A stretch of DNA of 64,000 bases from an uncultured Candidatus Saccharibacteria bacterium (GCA_964551495.1 CAZKCA010000001.1:34384-98383); one strand, 5' to 3'. Shown: positions 17,791 to 29,442, numbered from the stretch's first letter. A program made the numbers and translations. Notes: a model not told the origin generated them from the letters alone.

Positions 17791-20700
17791 ATTAAAAGAT
17801 ATGAGAACAAAAACAAACAAAGAAAAATTGAATGATTTTGAGACCATCACACTGAGGCTGGCTTCTCCTGAAAGAATAAAAGAATGGTCCTTCGGCGAGG
17901 TAACAAAACCTGAGACTATAAACTATAGGACTCAAAGAAGTGAGAGGAACGGTCTTTTTGATGAAAAAATATTTGGACCAGATAAAGATTATGAATGTTA
18001 TTGTGGTAAGTACAGAGGTATAAGATACAAAGGAGTTATTTGTGAAAAATGTGGAGTAGAGATAACTAGATCTATAGTTAGAAGAGAAAGAATGGGTCAT
18101 ATAGAACTAGCTTCACCTGTTTCTCATATATGGTTTTTGAAATCAATGCCTTCTAGAATCTCACTTGTTTTGGGTATACCTACTGGAGATATAGAGAAAG
18201 TTATATATTTTGCTGGTTATATCATTACAAAAGTAGATGATGCTGAGAGAGTAAGATATTTGAAAGATTTGGATTCAGAATACAAAGCCAAGGTTAAATC
18301 TGTTCAAGATGAAAAAACAAAAGATGCTGTTAAAGAAATGCTTCTAAGTGCAAAAAGAGATATTGAGTCTATTGTTCCAGGTAAAGTTTTAGATGAGGTT
18401 GAATATCATAATTTTGGTATGAAATACGGCACAATGTTTGAGGCTGGTATTGGTGCTGAAGCTATCTATTCAATATTTAAAAAAGTAGACTTAGAAGCTC
18501 TTTTGAAATCTTTGGAAGAAGAACTAGCTAAGGCAAGCTCTATAGATGCTGTAAAAATAAACAAAAGAATAGCTACTATTCAGGCGATGATTCACTCTAA
18601 AATAAGACCAGAGTGGATGTTTCTAACTCATATACCTGTTATACCTCCAGCATTAAGACCGATGGTTCCACTAGATGGAGGTAGGTATGCTACTTCTGAT
18701 GTTAATGATTTGTATAGAAGAGTTATAAACAGAAATAACCGTCTGAAGAAGCTTAAAGAAATAAATGCTCCAGATGTTATTTTGAGAAATGAAAAAAGAA
18801 TTCTTCAAGAAGCAGTAGATGCTTTGATAGATAATTCTATCAGACACGGAAATTCTGGTTCAGCTGTAAATCAATCACAAAGAAGACCTCTTAAATCTCT
18901 AGCTGATAACTTGAAGGGCAAAAGAGGAATATTCAGACAAAACCTTTTGGGTAAAAGAGTTGATTATTCTGGACGTTCTGTGATCGTTGTTGGACCTGAG
19001 TTGGCACTAAATCAATGTGGTTTACCAAAACACATGGCCCTTGAATTGTTTAAACCTTTTGTTATCTCACAGATCTTGAAAAAGGAGCTTGCCTACAATA
19101 TACGTGGAGCAAGTAAACTGATAGAAGACGGTGTTCCAGAAGTTTGGGCTATTTTGGAGGATGTTATTACGGATAAATATGTTCTATTAAACAGAGCTCC
19201 TACTTTGCACAGATTAGGTATCCAAGCATTTAAACCTGTTTTGATTGAGGGAAATGCTATTCAAATACACCCTTTGGTTTGTTCTGCATTTAATGCTGAC
19301 TTCGATGGAGATATGATGGCTGTTCATGTACCTCTTTCAGAAGAAGCTCAAGCTGAGGCTAGAGAAGTGATGGCTGCTGATAAAAATATACTAAAACCAG
19401 GATCTGGTGATCCTACAGTATCAGCTAAAATGCTTGATATTGTTTTGGGTTGTTTCTGGATGACAAAAGAAAAAAGCGGTGAAAAAGGTGAAGGAAAAAT
19501 ATTCTCATCTCCTAATAGTGCTATAACCGCTTACGATTTTGGTGAGATATCATTTAGATCAAAAATAAAAGTTTTGCCAACCGATTCTCCTAAGTACGAA
19601 AAATTTGAAGGCAAATTATTTGATACTACAGTAGGAAGGCTTTTGTTTAACAGTGTTCTACCAAAAGATTATCCTTTCATAAACAGTACAATCGATAGAA
19701 AAAGAATAACTTCTCTTGTAGATGATCTTATAGAAAAATATGGTATAGAAAAAGTTCCAGCTATTATAGATAAAATAAAAGCTTTTGGATTTAAATATGC
19801 TACTCATTCAGGAGTTACATGGGGACTTGATGATATTAATATTCCAGAGGGTAAAGAATCTATAGTTATTGAAGCGAAAAAGAAAGTAGAATCTATTATG
19901 GATCACTTTAATTCAGGACTTATCTCTAAGGATGAAAGACTAAGACAAACAACTGAAATTTGGCATAAAGCTAAAGCGGAGGTTGAAAAATTGATGCCAG
20001 AAACATTGCCTAAAGATGGTTCTGTGGCAGACATGGTTCTTTCTGGAGCTAGAGGATCTATGGGTAACATTACTGCTATGGGTGGTATGAAAGGTCTTAT
20101 TACAAATACAGCCGGAGAAACAATAGAGTTTCCAATCATATCAAGTTCTAAAGAAGGTCTAACTCCTCTAGAATATTTCATTACTACTCACGGAAGTAGA
20201 AAAGGTCTTACTGATACAGCCTTAAACACAGCTAAAGCAGGTTATCTTACAAGAAAACTTTTCGTAGTTGCTCAAGATACAATAATCACTGAAGAGGATT
20301 GTGGTACAAAAGAAGGTATTGTGATAAACAAGAAAGAAAAAGGTGGAATGGAGATATCTTTGGCAAAGCATGTAAAAGGAAGATTTTTGGCGGGAGATGT
20401 TGTTTCTCCAAAAGGTGAAGTTTTGTTCAAAAAAGATCATTTTGTTACAAAGAGAGATGCTCAAAAAATAGAAGAAGAAGGCGTAGAATCTGTAACAGTT
20501 AGATCTCCTCTATCATGTAAAACAGCAAATGGTATTTGTGTTAAATGTTATGGAGCAGACCTAGGTAACAATAAGGTTGTTGAAATAGGTGAAGCTGTTG
20601 GAACTGTTGCTGGTCAAGCGATTGGAGAACCTGGGACTCAGCTTACAATGAGAACTTTCCATCAAGGAGGAGCTGCTACTATTGGTGGGGATATTACTGC

Positions 20701-21472
20701 CGGACTTCCTAGGGTTGAAGAATTATTTGAAAAAAGAAAACCCAAAAATCCAGCTGTTGTTTCTTCTGTTTCTGGTGTTATTACAGATATAAAAATCACA
20801 CCAAAAGAAAAACTAATAACAATTACTCCAAACATAGAAGATAGAGCAAAAAATAAACAAACTATTGAATACAACGTTCCTATAAACAGAATGATTTTAG
20901 TTAAGATAGGAGACGAAGTTTCAAAAGGTGAGATTATAACAGACGGTTCTGCTGATATAGATGAATTGTTTAAATATGCCGGGAAAGAAAGAACTATAGA
21001 CTATGTTATCAAGGAAATAAACAAACCTTATGAACTACAAGGAGAAACAGTTTCTAGAAAACATATTGAGACAATAGTTAGACAAATGTTCTCAAGAAGA
21101 AGAGTTAAAGAAGCAGGAGATACCATCTTCTCACCAGGGGATATTGTAGAAACAGCATTCTTGGCAGAAGAAAATGCAAGAGTGAAAGCTAATGGAGGAA
21201 TGGAAGCTAAATCAGAAGGTGTGGTTATGGGTATAACAGATGTTTCTCTTTCAAGAAAAAGTTTCTTGGCTTCAGCATCATTCCAACACACAACCAGAAT
21301 GCTTATTGGAAGCGCTATAAGAGCAAATGAAGATGAACTTACTGGTCTTATGGAAAATGTTATTTTGGGAAGACTTATTCCTGCTGGAACAGGATTTAAA
21401 GGAAGTCCAAAATCTAAAATGATAGAAGAGGTAAAACAGAAATCTTCACAAAAGCTAGAAACTCTAGAATAA
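17783..21472 (+). CDS. rpoC: DNA-directed RNA polymerase subunit beta'
   Basis: Zn-finger CYCGKYRGIRYKGVICEKCGVE, NADFDGDMMAVHVPLS and other beta' blocks. 8-nt overlap with rpoB. Confidence 0.95.
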   Translation: MNKLKDMRTKTNKEKLNDFETITLRLASPERIKEWSFGEVTKPETINYRTQRSERNGLFDEKIFGPDKDYECYCGKYRGIRYKGVICEKCGVEITRSIVRRERMGHIELASPVSHIWFLKSMPSRISLVLGIPTGDIEKVIYFAGYIITKVDDAERVRYLKDLDSEYKAKVKSVQDEKTKDAVKEMLLSAKRDIESIVPGKVLDEVEYHNFGMKYGTMFEAGIGAEAIYSIFKKVDLEALLKSLEEELAKASSIDAVKINKRIATIQAMIHSKIRPEWMFLTHIPVIPPALRPMVPLDGGRYATSDVNDLYRRVINRNNRLKKLKEINAPDVILRNEKRILQEAVDALIDNSIRHGNSGSAVNQSQRRPLKSLADNLKGKRGIFRQNLLGKRVDYSGRSVIVVGPELALNQCGLPKHMALELFKPFVISQILKKELAYNIRGASKLIEDGVPEVWAILEDVITDKYVLLNRAPTLHRLGIQAFKPVLIEGNAIQIHPLVCSAFNADFDGDMMAVHVPLSEEAQAEAREVMAADKNILKPGSGDPTVSAKMLDIVLGCFWMTKEKSGEKGEGKIFSSPNSAITAYDFGEISFRSKIKVLPTDSPKYEKFEGKLFDTTVGRLLFNSVLPKDYPFINSTIDRKRITSLVDDLIEKYGIEKVPAIIDKIKAFGFKYATHSGVTWGLDDINIPEGKESIVIEAKKKVESIMDHFNSGLISKDERLRQTTEIWHKAKAEVEKLMPETLPKDGSVADMVLSGARGSMGNITAMGGMKGLITNTAGETIEFPIISSSKEGLTPLEYFITTHGSRKGLTDTALNTAKAGYLTRKLFVVAQDTIITEEDCGTKEGIVINKKEKGGMEISLAKHVKGRFLAGDVVSPKGEVLFKKDHFVTKRDAQKIEEEGVESVTVRSPLSCKTANGICVKCYGADLGNNKVVEIGEAVGTVAGQAIGEPGTQLTMRTFHQGGAATIGGDITAGLPRVEELFEKRKPKNPAVVSSVSGVITDIKITPKEKLITITPNIEDRAKNKQTIEYNVPINRMILVKIGDEVSKGEIITDGSADIDELFKYAGKERTIDYVIKEINKPYELQGETVSRKHIETIVRQMFSRRRVKEAGDTIFSPGDIVETAFLAEENARVKANGGMEAKSEGVVMGITDVSLSRKSFLASASFQHTTRMLIGSAIRANEDELTGLMENVILGRLIPAGTGFKGSPKSKMIEEVKQKSSQKLETLE

Positions 21473-21514
21473 TCTGAAATCTTGGTGGAGACTTTATCGG
21501 TGAAAACACTGCAT

Positions 21515-23230
21515 ATGTCATCACAAGTAGAACAAATAAAATCAAAAATAGATATAGTTTCTCTAATTAGTTCATATATAAAATTAGAGAAATCAGGATC
21601 TAACTTTAAAGGCAGGTGTCCTTTTCATAATGAGAAGACCCCTTCCTTTTTTGTGTCTCCAGAAAGAGGAAACTATTATTGTTTTGGCTGTCATGCTAAA
21701 GGAGATATATTTACGTTTGTACAAGAGTTTGAAGGTCTTGATTTTATAGGATCACTAAAACTTTTAGCAGACAGAGCAGGAATAAAAATAGAAAAATTTG
21801 AATCTGGACAGAAAGGAGAAAAAGAAAAAATATCTTCTATTATGGAACAAGCAGTGATGTTTTATCAAAGACAATTTGATAATTATGATCCGGCTAAAAA
21901 ATACATGAAAGATAGGGGAGTAAAAGAAGATACAATATCATCTTTTAGGATTGGCTATGCTCCAATAGGATGGAGAAATTTATTTGATCATCTTGTTTCT
22001 AAAAATATCCATCCAGAAGATATGCTTAAGGCTGGTCTTATAAAAAAGAAAGAGGATTCTCCAAATTCTTATTATGATGTTTTTAGGGGTAGAATAATGT
22101 TTCCTATCTCCGATCCATCTGGTAAGGTAGTTGCTTTTTCTGGAAGAATTCTTGTTCCTGATCCAAAATCTCCAAAATACTTAAATAGCCCGGATACTAT
22201 ATTGTTTAACAAATCTGAGATTTTGTTTGGTCTAGATAAAGCTAAAAATGACATCAAACTGAAAGACTATTCTATTTTAGTAGAAGGTCAAATGGATTTA
22301 GTGATGCTTCATCAGGTAGGTATAAAAAATGCAGTGGCTTCTTCTGGAACGGCCATAACAGAATCACACATAAGAAATTTACAACGAAGATCTAATAGAA
22401 TTATAATGTTTTTTGATGCAGATAATGCTGGTTTTTCTGCTTCCAATAAAACCACACAAATAGCCTTCATTTCTTTTGGTATGGAGGTTAAATTAGCTCA
22501 ACTTCCAAAAGGTAAAGATCCTGCCGACATAATAAAAGAAAATCCTGACAAAATAAAAGATATTTTGAAAAATTCAAAAAATATAGTTGATTTTTATGTC
22601 GATACTCTTCTTTCTGAAAAGATTAAACAAGAAGATTTAGGAAGAGAAATACAAAAAAATATATTTCCTTATATAGCTGCCTTTTCAGGTGATATTGAAA
22701 AGGCCAATTTTATAAAAAATATATCTTTTAAAACATCAATAAAAGAGGAGGCTTTGTGGAATGATTTTAAGAGGTTTATTCAAAATAAATCTTTTCTTCC
22801 AAAACCAGAGACCTACAATAGAAATAGATCTGATTCTATCGAGAAAAGAATATTTGGTATTATTTTATGGAAAAAAAATAACCAAAATATTAATATTGAT
22901 ATAGATAAATATCTCCCAAAAATATATGATATTTTGGGTAAAGATAAAACAGAAGCACTATTAAAAAATTTTGAAAAAGACAAAGATTCTATAATATTTG
23001 AAACAGAGTTAATTTATGAAGATTCTCCAAACCTAGAAAATAATTTAGATGAGCTAATAATTAATTTAGAGGAGGAGTTTTTAAAAAATAAGTTTACCGA
23101 AGCGATGAGTTTATTACAAAAAGCCGAAAGAGATAAAAATAAAGAGGATATCAATAAATATTTAGAAGAATGCAGAAACCTTTCGCAAAAAATTAATACT
23201 TTAAAATACAAATATGAAAAAAAACAATAA
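21515..23230 (+). CDS. dnaG: DNA primase
   Basis: Zinc-ribbon [32 protein letters not shown] plus a TOPRIM domain. Start is chosen at the internal Met ([15 protein letters not shown]); the ORF opens at 21482. Confidence 0.8.
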   Translation: MSSQVEQIKSKIDIVSLISSYIKLEKSGSNFKGRCPFHNEKTPSFFVSPERGNYYCFGCHAKGDIFTFVQEFEGLDFIGSLKLLADRAGIKIEKFESGQKGEKEKISSIMEQAVMFYQRQFDNYDPAKKYMKDRGVKEDTISSFRIGYAPIGWRNLFDHLVSKNIHPEDMLKAGLIKKKEDSPNSYYDVFRGRIMFPISDPSGKVVAFSGRILVPDPKSPKYLNSPDTILFNKSEILFGLDKAKNDIKLKDYSILVEGQMDLVMLHQVGIKNAVASSGTAITESHIRNLQRRSNRIIMFFDADNAGFSASNKTTQIAFISFGMEVKLAQLPKGKDPADIIKENPDKIKDILKNSKNIVDFYVDTLLSEKIKQEDLGREIQKNIFPYIAAFSGDIEKANFIKNISFKTSIKEEALWNDFKRFIQNKSFLPKPETYNRNRSDSIEKRIFGIILWKKNNQNINIDIDKYLPKIYDILGKDKTEALLKNFEKDKDSIIFETELIYEDSPNLENNLDELIINLEEEFLKNKFTEAMSLLQKAERDKNKEDINKYLEECRNLSQKINTLKYKYEKKQ

Positions 23231-24482
23231 ACCAAAAAAAATAAAAGAAACCAAAAAAAATAAGAAGGTTTCTAAAAACAGCAAAAAAATCTTAAAAAAG
23301 AAAAGTAAAGTAACAGTACCAAAAACAAGATCTAAGAAAAAAGATAAAAAAGTTTTAGCCATTTCTTCAGTTAAGACTGGGACACCTAAACAGCTTAAAA
23401 AAGCAGAACAACATAAAGATGGTTTAGAAAAACTTGTTTCTAAAGGTAAAGAAAGAGGTTATGTAACTTATGATGAAATCTTAAAAGAATTCCCTCACAT
23501 AGAAGAAGATATAATGTTTTTAGAGGAGCTTTATGAGAAACTAAGTTCTTCTGGGGTTGATGTTTTGGAAGGTGGAGGTCTTTTAGAAGCTCCTATAGAT
23601 GATTTGTTAAATAAAAAATATTCATATGGGGCTAGAGGAGATTCTTCTTACGATTCAATCCAAATGTATCTTAAGGAAATAGGTCAGTATCCACTAATTT
23701 CTGGTGGGATGGAAAAAGATTTAGCTAAAAGAATAGAACAAGGTGATGAAGAGGCCAAATCTTTATTGGCTAGAGCAAATCTAAGGTTGGTTGTCTCTAT
23801 AGCTAAAAAATATGTCGGACGCTCAGCAGATCTTACTTTATTGGATTTAATTCAAGAGGGTAATATTGGTTTGTTTAAAGCCGTAGATAAGTTTGATTGG
23901 ACAAAGGGCTATAAGTTTTCTACATATGCAACTTGGTGGATAAGACAAGCTATTACAAGAGCTCTAGCTGACCAATCAAGGACTATTAGGGTTCCAGTGC
24001 ATATGGTTGAAACTATTGCAAAGTATAAACAAGTTGTAAGACGACTTTCTCAGGATTTGGGCAGAGACCCTTTGCCAGAGGAAATTGCAACAGAGATGAA
24101 TCTTTCAGTGGATAAGATTTATACTATAGAAAAGATAGATCAAAGTACTGTATCACTTTCTGCACCTATTGGGGAAGACGGAGAGGACAGCAAATCTACT
24201 TTGGGAGATTTTCTAGCTGATGAGAAAATACTCTCTCCAGATCAAGAGTCTGCAAGAAGAATTATTTCAGACCAAGTCAAAGAAATCCTAAATGATCTTC
24301 CTGAAAAAGAAAGAAGAATTTTGGAAATGAGGCATGGTCTTATTGATGGTGTTCAACATACTTTAGAAGAAGTAGGTAAGGAGTTTGGTGTGACAAGAGA
24401 GAGAATTCGTCAGATAGAGGCCAAAGCTCATGAAAAAATAAGACAACATGATAAAATCAACAGACTAAGGAATTATTACTAA
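23214..24482 (+). CDS. rpoD: RNA polymerase sigma-70 factor with a lysine-rich N-terminal extension
   Basis: Region 2 ([29 protein letters not shown]) and region 4 ([18 protein letters not shown]). Confidence 0.9.
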   Translation: MKKNNKPKKIKETKKNKKVSKNSKKILKKKSKVTVPKTRSKKKDKKVLAISSVKTGTPKQLKKAEQHKDGLEKLVSKGKERGYVTYDEILKEFPHIEEDIMFLEELYEKLSSSGVDVLEGGGLLEAPIDDLLNKKYSYGARGDSSYDSIQMYLKEIGQYPLISGGMEKDLAKRIEQGDEEAKSLLARANLRLVVSIAKKYVGRSADLTLLDLIQEGNIGLFKAVDKFDWTKGYKFSTYATWWIRQAITRALADQSRTIRVPVHMVETIAKYKQVVRRLSQDLGRDPLPEEIATEMNLSVDKIYTIEKIDQSTVSLSAPIGEDGEDSKSTLGDFLADEKILSPDQESARRIISDQVKEILNDLPEKERRILEMRHGLIDGVQHTLEEVGKEFGVTRERIRQIEAKAHEKIRQHDKINRLRNYY

Positions 24483-24483
24483 A

Positions 24484-27393
24484 ATGTCTTTTGAGGAAAA
24501 ATACAAAAAACTCAATCAGAAACAAAAAGAAGCGGTAGATAGTATAGAGGGACCGGTCATGGTTATTGCTGGTCCTGGGACAGGAAAAACAACAATCTTA
24601 ACACTTAGAATAGCTAATATTTTAAAAAAAACAGATACTCCACCATCTGGTATATTGGCTTTGACTTTTACTGATGCGGGGGTCAAGTCAATGAAAATGA
24701 AGTTAAGGGAGGTTGTTTACAATATTGCAGATGAAGTTAGGATCCACACTTTCCATTCTTTTGCCGCAAGCATAATTTCTGAATTTGCTGATCATTTCCC
24801 TCATTTATCTAAAACTACTCAAATAACAGATGTTGAAAAAGAATCTATAATAAGAAATATTTTAAAAAATAAAAAATACTCCAAGTTAAGACCATTAGGT
24901 GATACAGATTTTTATCTAAACAAGATTATAAGTTCTATTAGTCAATCCAAGAAAGAGGCATGGACCCCAGAGTTTATAGAAAGTTTTGCTAGAAGCCAAA
25001 TTGAGCAAATTAAAAATAGTGAAGAGTCTATATCAACTAGGGGTAAAAACAAAGGGGAACTTAAAGCTGATGCTTTGAAAAAAATTGAAAAATGTGAAAA
25101 AACCATCTTGTTTGCTCTTGTTTTTTCTGAATATGAATCAATCAAAAAAGATCAAAAGAAGATGGATTTTGATGATCTTCTTTTTGAACTTGTATTTACA
25201 TTAAAAAAAGATGAACTTTTACTTAGGTTACTTCAGGAAAAATTTTTATACATTTTAGTTGATGAACACCAGGATAGCAATGATTCTCAAAATTTGATTA
25301 TAGCTATGCTTGCTGATTTCTTTGATACTCCTAATATTTTTGTTGTTGGAGACGAGAAACAAGCAATTTATCGTTTTCAAGGTGCATCTGTTGAGAATTT
25401 TTTGAGATTTCAAAATACATGGAAAAAGATGAAGATAATATCTCTAGAAGATAATTATCGATCTCATCAAGGTATTTTGGATGCGGTCTATTCAATGATA
25501 GAGAAAAATTATGAAGAGGATCAGTATAAAGATTTAAGACTTCCTCTTAGAGGTAGTAAAAATAAAAAACCAATAGATTTAGTTTTTGCTCCAAATACTT
25601 TGTCTGCAGACGCCTATTTGATAGAAGAGTTAAAAAATATTACAGAAAAAGAACCAGACAAAACAGTAGCTGTTATTTTAAGATGGAATAGAGATGTAGA
25701 TCATATTCTATCAATTTGTGAAAATAGCCAACTTAGGGTTTCAGCTGAAAGAGGAGCTGACATATTTTCTCATCCTTTGGGTAATGTTTATTTTAGTATA
25801 TTGGATTACCTTTACGATCCATCTAATTTAGAAAGTTTAATTCATTCTATCTCAGCTGGGCTTTGGGGTATTGATTTTGAACAAGAGATATCTCTTATAA
25901 AAGATATTAAAAGCGGGAAATTATCTAATATTAATAAGGTCATACCACCATTACAAATATTGAAAGATCAAATAATAAATTTGGATCCATTAAACTACTT
26001 AATGCTAGTAGGCAGTATTTCAGGTTTAATTTCTACAAAAAGATTGAGTGATCCATTGTCTGTAGAAGTATGGAGGTCTATTTTGGATCTATCTAAAGAT
26101 ATTATTTCAAGTCAAAATATACAAAATCCAAGGGAACTGATTAAAACTCTTTTAGATTATAAAAAGACATCCGAAAATAAAGTTGTAAAAATAGGAGGAG
26201 GGGCTTTTGATGCCAAGATAAATATAATGACAGCCCACTCTTCTAAGGGTTTGGAATATGATTATGTTTTTGTTCCGTATGCCCTGGAAGAGTATTGGAT
26301 GAAAAGAAGAGAATCTTCATTTTTTATGCTACCAAGTGAAAAAGACGAAGGTGATGAGGTAAAAGATTCTAGAAGATTGTTTTATGTTGCTTTAACTAGG
26401 GCAAAGGAAAATGTAACCTTGATTATTCCAACATCAGATGATTTGGGAAAAGTTTTTACACCACTTAGATTTGTTGAAGAATTGGATAGTAATAATCTAA
26501 ACAAAAGAGAAATAGAAGAAAGAAAATTTTCCAATAATTTTGAAAACTTTGATTCAAATTCAAAACGTCGAGATGATATTGTAGAGTATACAAAAAAGAC
26601 CTTAATAGAAAACGGTGTATCTGTAACAGCTTTAAATCATTATTTAGAGTGTCCTAGTAAGTTTTTGTATAAGAGTATATTAAAAATTCCAGAACCACCA
26701 CATCCTTCTTCTGAAAAAGGGACAGCTATGCATAAGGCAATATCTTCAGTTTGGGTTAATAAAACAAAAGATTTGGAGTCTATAAAAAATACTCTAGAAA
26801 CTGTAGCCAAAAATTATATAGAAAATTCATTTTTATCAAAACTAGAAAAAGAAGTTGTTTTAGAAGAATTGGATAAAGACATACCAATGATAGCTAGAAG
26901 TCTATTGGATCATTTTAATCTTAAAGGTGAAGTATATACTGATAAATGGATTGAAAGATACATAGATATTGATACAGATAAAGGAAAAATCAATCTAAGA
27001 TTACACGGTCAGCTTGATTCTATGCTTATTTTTGATAACAAGATTAATGTATTTGATTATAAAACAACAAAAGCTAAATCTATAAATGCCATAAAAGGTC
27101 AAACTAAAAATGATGATGGTGGGTATTTTAGACAATTGGTTTTTTACAAGATGTTAATCGAGGGAAACTCTTTATATAAAAACAAAGATATTATACCTTC
27201 TTTGGTATTTATCAAACCAAGTGAAAACGGAGATTGTCCAATTTTGTCTTTAGAAATTTCAGATGAAGAAAAAAGAGATCTTATTAAAAATATAGAAGAT
27301 TTAATAAAAGATGTTTTTTCCAATAATTTTATATCCAAAAAATGCCAAGATCCAAAATGTCAGTTTTGTCTAGATAAAGACTATTTTTTTTAG
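24484..27393 (+). CDS. UvrD/PcrA-like helicase fused to a C-terminal PD-(D/E)XK nuclease domain (AddA-like)
   Basis: Walker A VIAGPGTGKTTIL, Walker B DEHQDSN, motif VI VALTRAKE. The RecB-type C-terminus has Cys residues (KKCQDPKCQFC). Confidence 0.8.
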   Translation: MSFEEKYKKLNQKQKEAVDSIEGPVMVIAGPGTGKTTILTLRIANILKKTDTPPSGILALTFTDAGVKSMKMKLREVVYNIADEVRIHTFHSFAASIISEFADHFPHLSKTTQITDVEKESIIRNILKNKKYSKLRPLGDTDFYLNKIISSISQSKKEAWTPEFIESFARSQIEQIKNSEESISTRGKNKGELKADALKKIEKCEKTILFALVFSEYESIKKDQKKMDFDDLLFELVFTLKKDELLLRLLQEKFLYILVDEHQDSNDSQNLIIAMLADFFDTPNIFVVGDEKQAIYRFQGASVENFLRFQNTWKKMKIISLEDNYRSHQGILDAVYSMIEKNYEEDQYKDLRLPLRGSKNKKPIDLVFAPNTLSADAYLIEELKNITEKEPDKTVAVILRWNRDVDHILSICENSQLRVSAERGADIFSHPLGNVYFSILDYLYDPSNLESLIHSISAGLWGIDFEQEISLIKDIKSGKLSNINKVIPPLQILKDQIINLDPLNYLMLVGSISGLISTKRLSDPLSVEVWRSILDLSKDIISSQNIQNPRELIKTLLDYKKTSENKVVKIGGGAFDAKINIMTAHSSKGLEYDYVFVPYALEEYWMKRRESSFFMLPSEKDEGDEVKDSRRLFYVALTRAKENVTLIIPTSDDLGKVFTPLRFVEELDSNNLNKREIEERKFSNNFENFDSNSKRRDDIVEYTKKTLIENGVSVTALNHYLECPSKFLYKSILKIPEPPHPSSEKGTAMHKAISSVWVNKTKDLESIKNTLETVAKNYIENSFLSKLEKEVVLEELDKDIPMIARSLLDHFNLKGEVYTDKWIERYIDIDTDKGKINLRLHGQLDSMLIFDNKINVFDYKTTKAKSINAIKGQTKNDDGGYFRQLVFYKMLIEGNSLYKNKDIIPSLVFIKPSENGDCPILSLEISDEEKRDLIKNIEDLIKDVFSNNFISKKCQDPKCQFCLDKDYFF

Positions 27394-28116
27394 TTAGTTT
27401 GTGGAACTAAGTATTCCATCTATTGCTTGTTTTATATTTTCGTAAGGAAGAGCTCCTTGTATAGGAATCCTTTCTCCTGTAGATGTGATAACCAAAATAG
27501 AGTGAGGTGTACCTCTTCCACCAGAAGCAACTGCATTCTCATAGTCTTTTTGAACTATATCTTGATGTCTTCTGCTAACTAAACACTCATTAAACTCTTC
27601 TTTATTTAAACCAATTTCTTCTGCTATAAGAGGCAACTGTGTTAGATCAAGTCCGTCATTTGATTTTGTTCTTTCGTATAAAATATTTGTATATTCCCAA
27701 AATTTACCATTTCCACCTAGTTCTGCTGCACATTCGGTGGCCTCAGCTTCTATTCTAGCGTTTTTATGCAGTGAATCTATCGGAAAATGTCTATAGACCC
27801 AAGCCACTTTACCAGATGGTCCGTATTCAGCGATTATTCTCTGTAGAGTTGTGTGGAATTGTTTACAGAAAGGACACTCTATATCGGAGTATTCTACAAT
27901 GATTATATCTGCTGTTAGTTTTCCAAGTATATGATCAGATTCATCTACAGGTATCATGGCTTCTACTCCTTGTTGTGTAGGAGTCGGGTTGTTTACATTA
28001 GATACCGGTGATTTTTTATTGCTTGATAAATATATAGAGCCTCCTATTATAAGCCCAGCTATTATGATAGCCAAGGGTATAGCAAACTTATTTGTGCTCG
28101 AAGTGTTGTTTTCCAT
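27394..28116 (-). CDS. DsbA-like thiol:disulfide oxidoreductase, membrane-anchored
   Basis: N-terminal TM helix. Thioredoxin CPFC motif (DIECPFCKQFH). Confidence 0.7.
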   Translation of the reverse strand: MENNTSSTNKFAIPLAIIIAGLIIGGSIYLSSNKKSPVSNVNNPTPTQQGVEAMIPVDESDHILGKLTADIIIVEYSDIECPFCKQFHTTLQRIIAEYGPSGKVAWVYRHFPIDSLHKNARIEAEATECAAELGGNGKFWEYTNILYERTKSNDGLDLTQLPLIAEEIGLNKEEFNECLVSRRHQDIVQKDYENAVASGGRGTPHSILVITSTGERIPIQGALPYENIKQAIDGILSSTN

Positions 28117-28154
28117 ATTTTTGAGATAAAATAACTTTTTTCTAATTTTGAAAC

Positions 28155-28964
28155 GTGATAGAATTATATCTCATGACACCATTTGAGGCAATCATACTCG
28201 GCATAGTTCAAGGAGCAACAGAATTTTTACCAGTTTCTTCTTCGGGACATCTTATAATTGCAAGATCAATACTTAACCTTCCTTTGGAGTATTCTCTTAG
28301 TTTTGATGCAATACTTCAGTTTGCTAATGTAATAGCTTTGGTAATTTATTTTTGGAAAGATATATTTAAAATTTTTGTAACAATAGTTCGTTCTGTTTTT
28401 GGTATATATGTAAATAAAGAAGATAAGATTTTGGCTTGGTCTGTAGTCTTAGGAACTATACCGGCTGTTATAATAGGACTTGTTATAGAGTCTTATATGG
28501 ACACAATTTTTAGAGATGTTTTTTTGGTGGCAGTTTCTTTAGTCATCGGCAGTTTTGTTATGTTTTTTGCACAGAAACTTGGTAAGCAAGATAAGCCTCT
28601 TTCTTTGGGTAGGGGACTTGTTATCGGACTTTTTCAAAGTCTAGCTTTAATCCCTGGTATCTCTCGTTCAGGAGCAACAATTTCAGGAGGGCTTTTGGCT
28701 GGTCTTCCTAAAAACGAAGCAGTTAGATACAGTTTTGTTTTATCAATACCAATTTTACTTGGTTCTGGGGCTAAAAAACTTTTAGAAATAGATGTTTTAA
28801 ACACTTCTTTTGGAATAGATCTTTTGATCGGTTCTCTAACTTCATTTTTTGTTGGACTTTTGGTAATTCACTACTTTATAAAGTATATGAAAAACCACAA
28901 TCTAAACATTTTCATATTTTACAGAATCGCTTTAGCAATTATCTTAATTATAGCCTTATTTTAA
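28155..28964 (+). CDS. uppP: Undecaprenyl-diphosphatase
   Basis: UppP/BacA motifs (GATEFLPVSSSGHL, PGISRSGATISGG). Confidence 0.85.
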   Translation: MIELYLMTPFEAIILGIVQGATEFLPVSSSGHLIIARSILNLPLEYSLSFDAILQFANVIALVIYFWKDIFKIFVTIVRSVFGIYVNKEDKILAWSVVLGTIPAVIIGLVIESYMDTIFRDVFLVAVSLVIGSFVMFFAQKLGKQDKPLSLGRGLVIGLFQSLALIPGISRSGATISGGLLAGLPKNEAVRYSFVLSIPILLGSGAKKLLEIDVLNTSFGIDLLIGSLTSFFVGLLVIHYFIKYMKNHNLNIFIFYRIALAIILIIALF

Positions 28965-29004
28965 GACATATTTTTACCATAGACAAAAATACAACAAAAT
29001 TTGC

Positions 29005-29033
29005 TTGACAAACAATTTATAGTGTGCTAAGAT
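29005..29033 (+). promoter_or_regulatory. Near-consensus sigma70 promoter driving the orphan RNA at 29040
   Basis: TTGACA (29005-10), a 17-nt spacer, then TGc-TAAGAT (extended -10, 29028-33). Confidence 0.55.
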
Positions 29034-29039
29034 TAATAG

Positions 29040-29408
29040 TAGATAGGGAAGTCTTGTTGGTTCTCTCCCCATCACAGAGCGCGCTCGATGTTCGAGAATC
29101 AACAGGCCCAAGGTTTCGTTTCCCGGAGACCGAAGGGTTGTTAGTTTTGACAGGGATGAGTCTGGGATAGCGGGGTACCGGCACCCAGACAAATTAACAG
29201 GCCTCCTCGACAATACCGCGACAGCGTTTTTCCGGATAAAAACCCCGGGGCGCTTGGTTTAGAGGAAGATATGATCAGTGAGTGCAATGCATGGCAGACA
29301 CTGGGAGAAGACTAGTTCGTTCGTCCCACCGTCCAGTGTGTCGCACAGCTGATCCGGCCGGTTATCCGGCCAAACACGGCAGGGCGGGTTTCCTTCGGGA
29401 TCCCGCCC
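29040..29408 (+). ncRNA. Unclassified GC-rich structured RNA (~370 nt), orphan between uppP and a convergent gene
   Basis: GC content is much higher than the surroundings and no plausible ORF is present. A promoter lies upstream. The 3' end has the intrinsic terminator gggcgggtttccttcgggatcccgccc+TTTT. Confidence 0.5.
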
Positions 29409-29442
29409 TTTTACTTTTAAAATAAAAAAATATAGAAAAGAA

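Noticed and set aside
21482-21514. dnaG start at 21482
   Set aside because: The primase N-terminus conventionally begins near the conserved I..IK..IDIV segment. The internal Met at 21515 fits better, though the upstream start cannot be excluded.
28974-29213. 79-aa minus-strand ORF
   Set aside because: It lies antisense within the GC-rich RNA locus and spans its promoter. It is a compositional artefact.
29040-29408. RNase P RNA, tmRNA or SRP RNA identity for the GC-rich RNA
   Set aside because: No GGAAAGUCC P4 motif, no GGGG 5' end with tRNA-like T-arm/CCA 3' end or tag ORF, and no GGAAGCAGC domain IV motif. It is left unclassified and not forced into a family.
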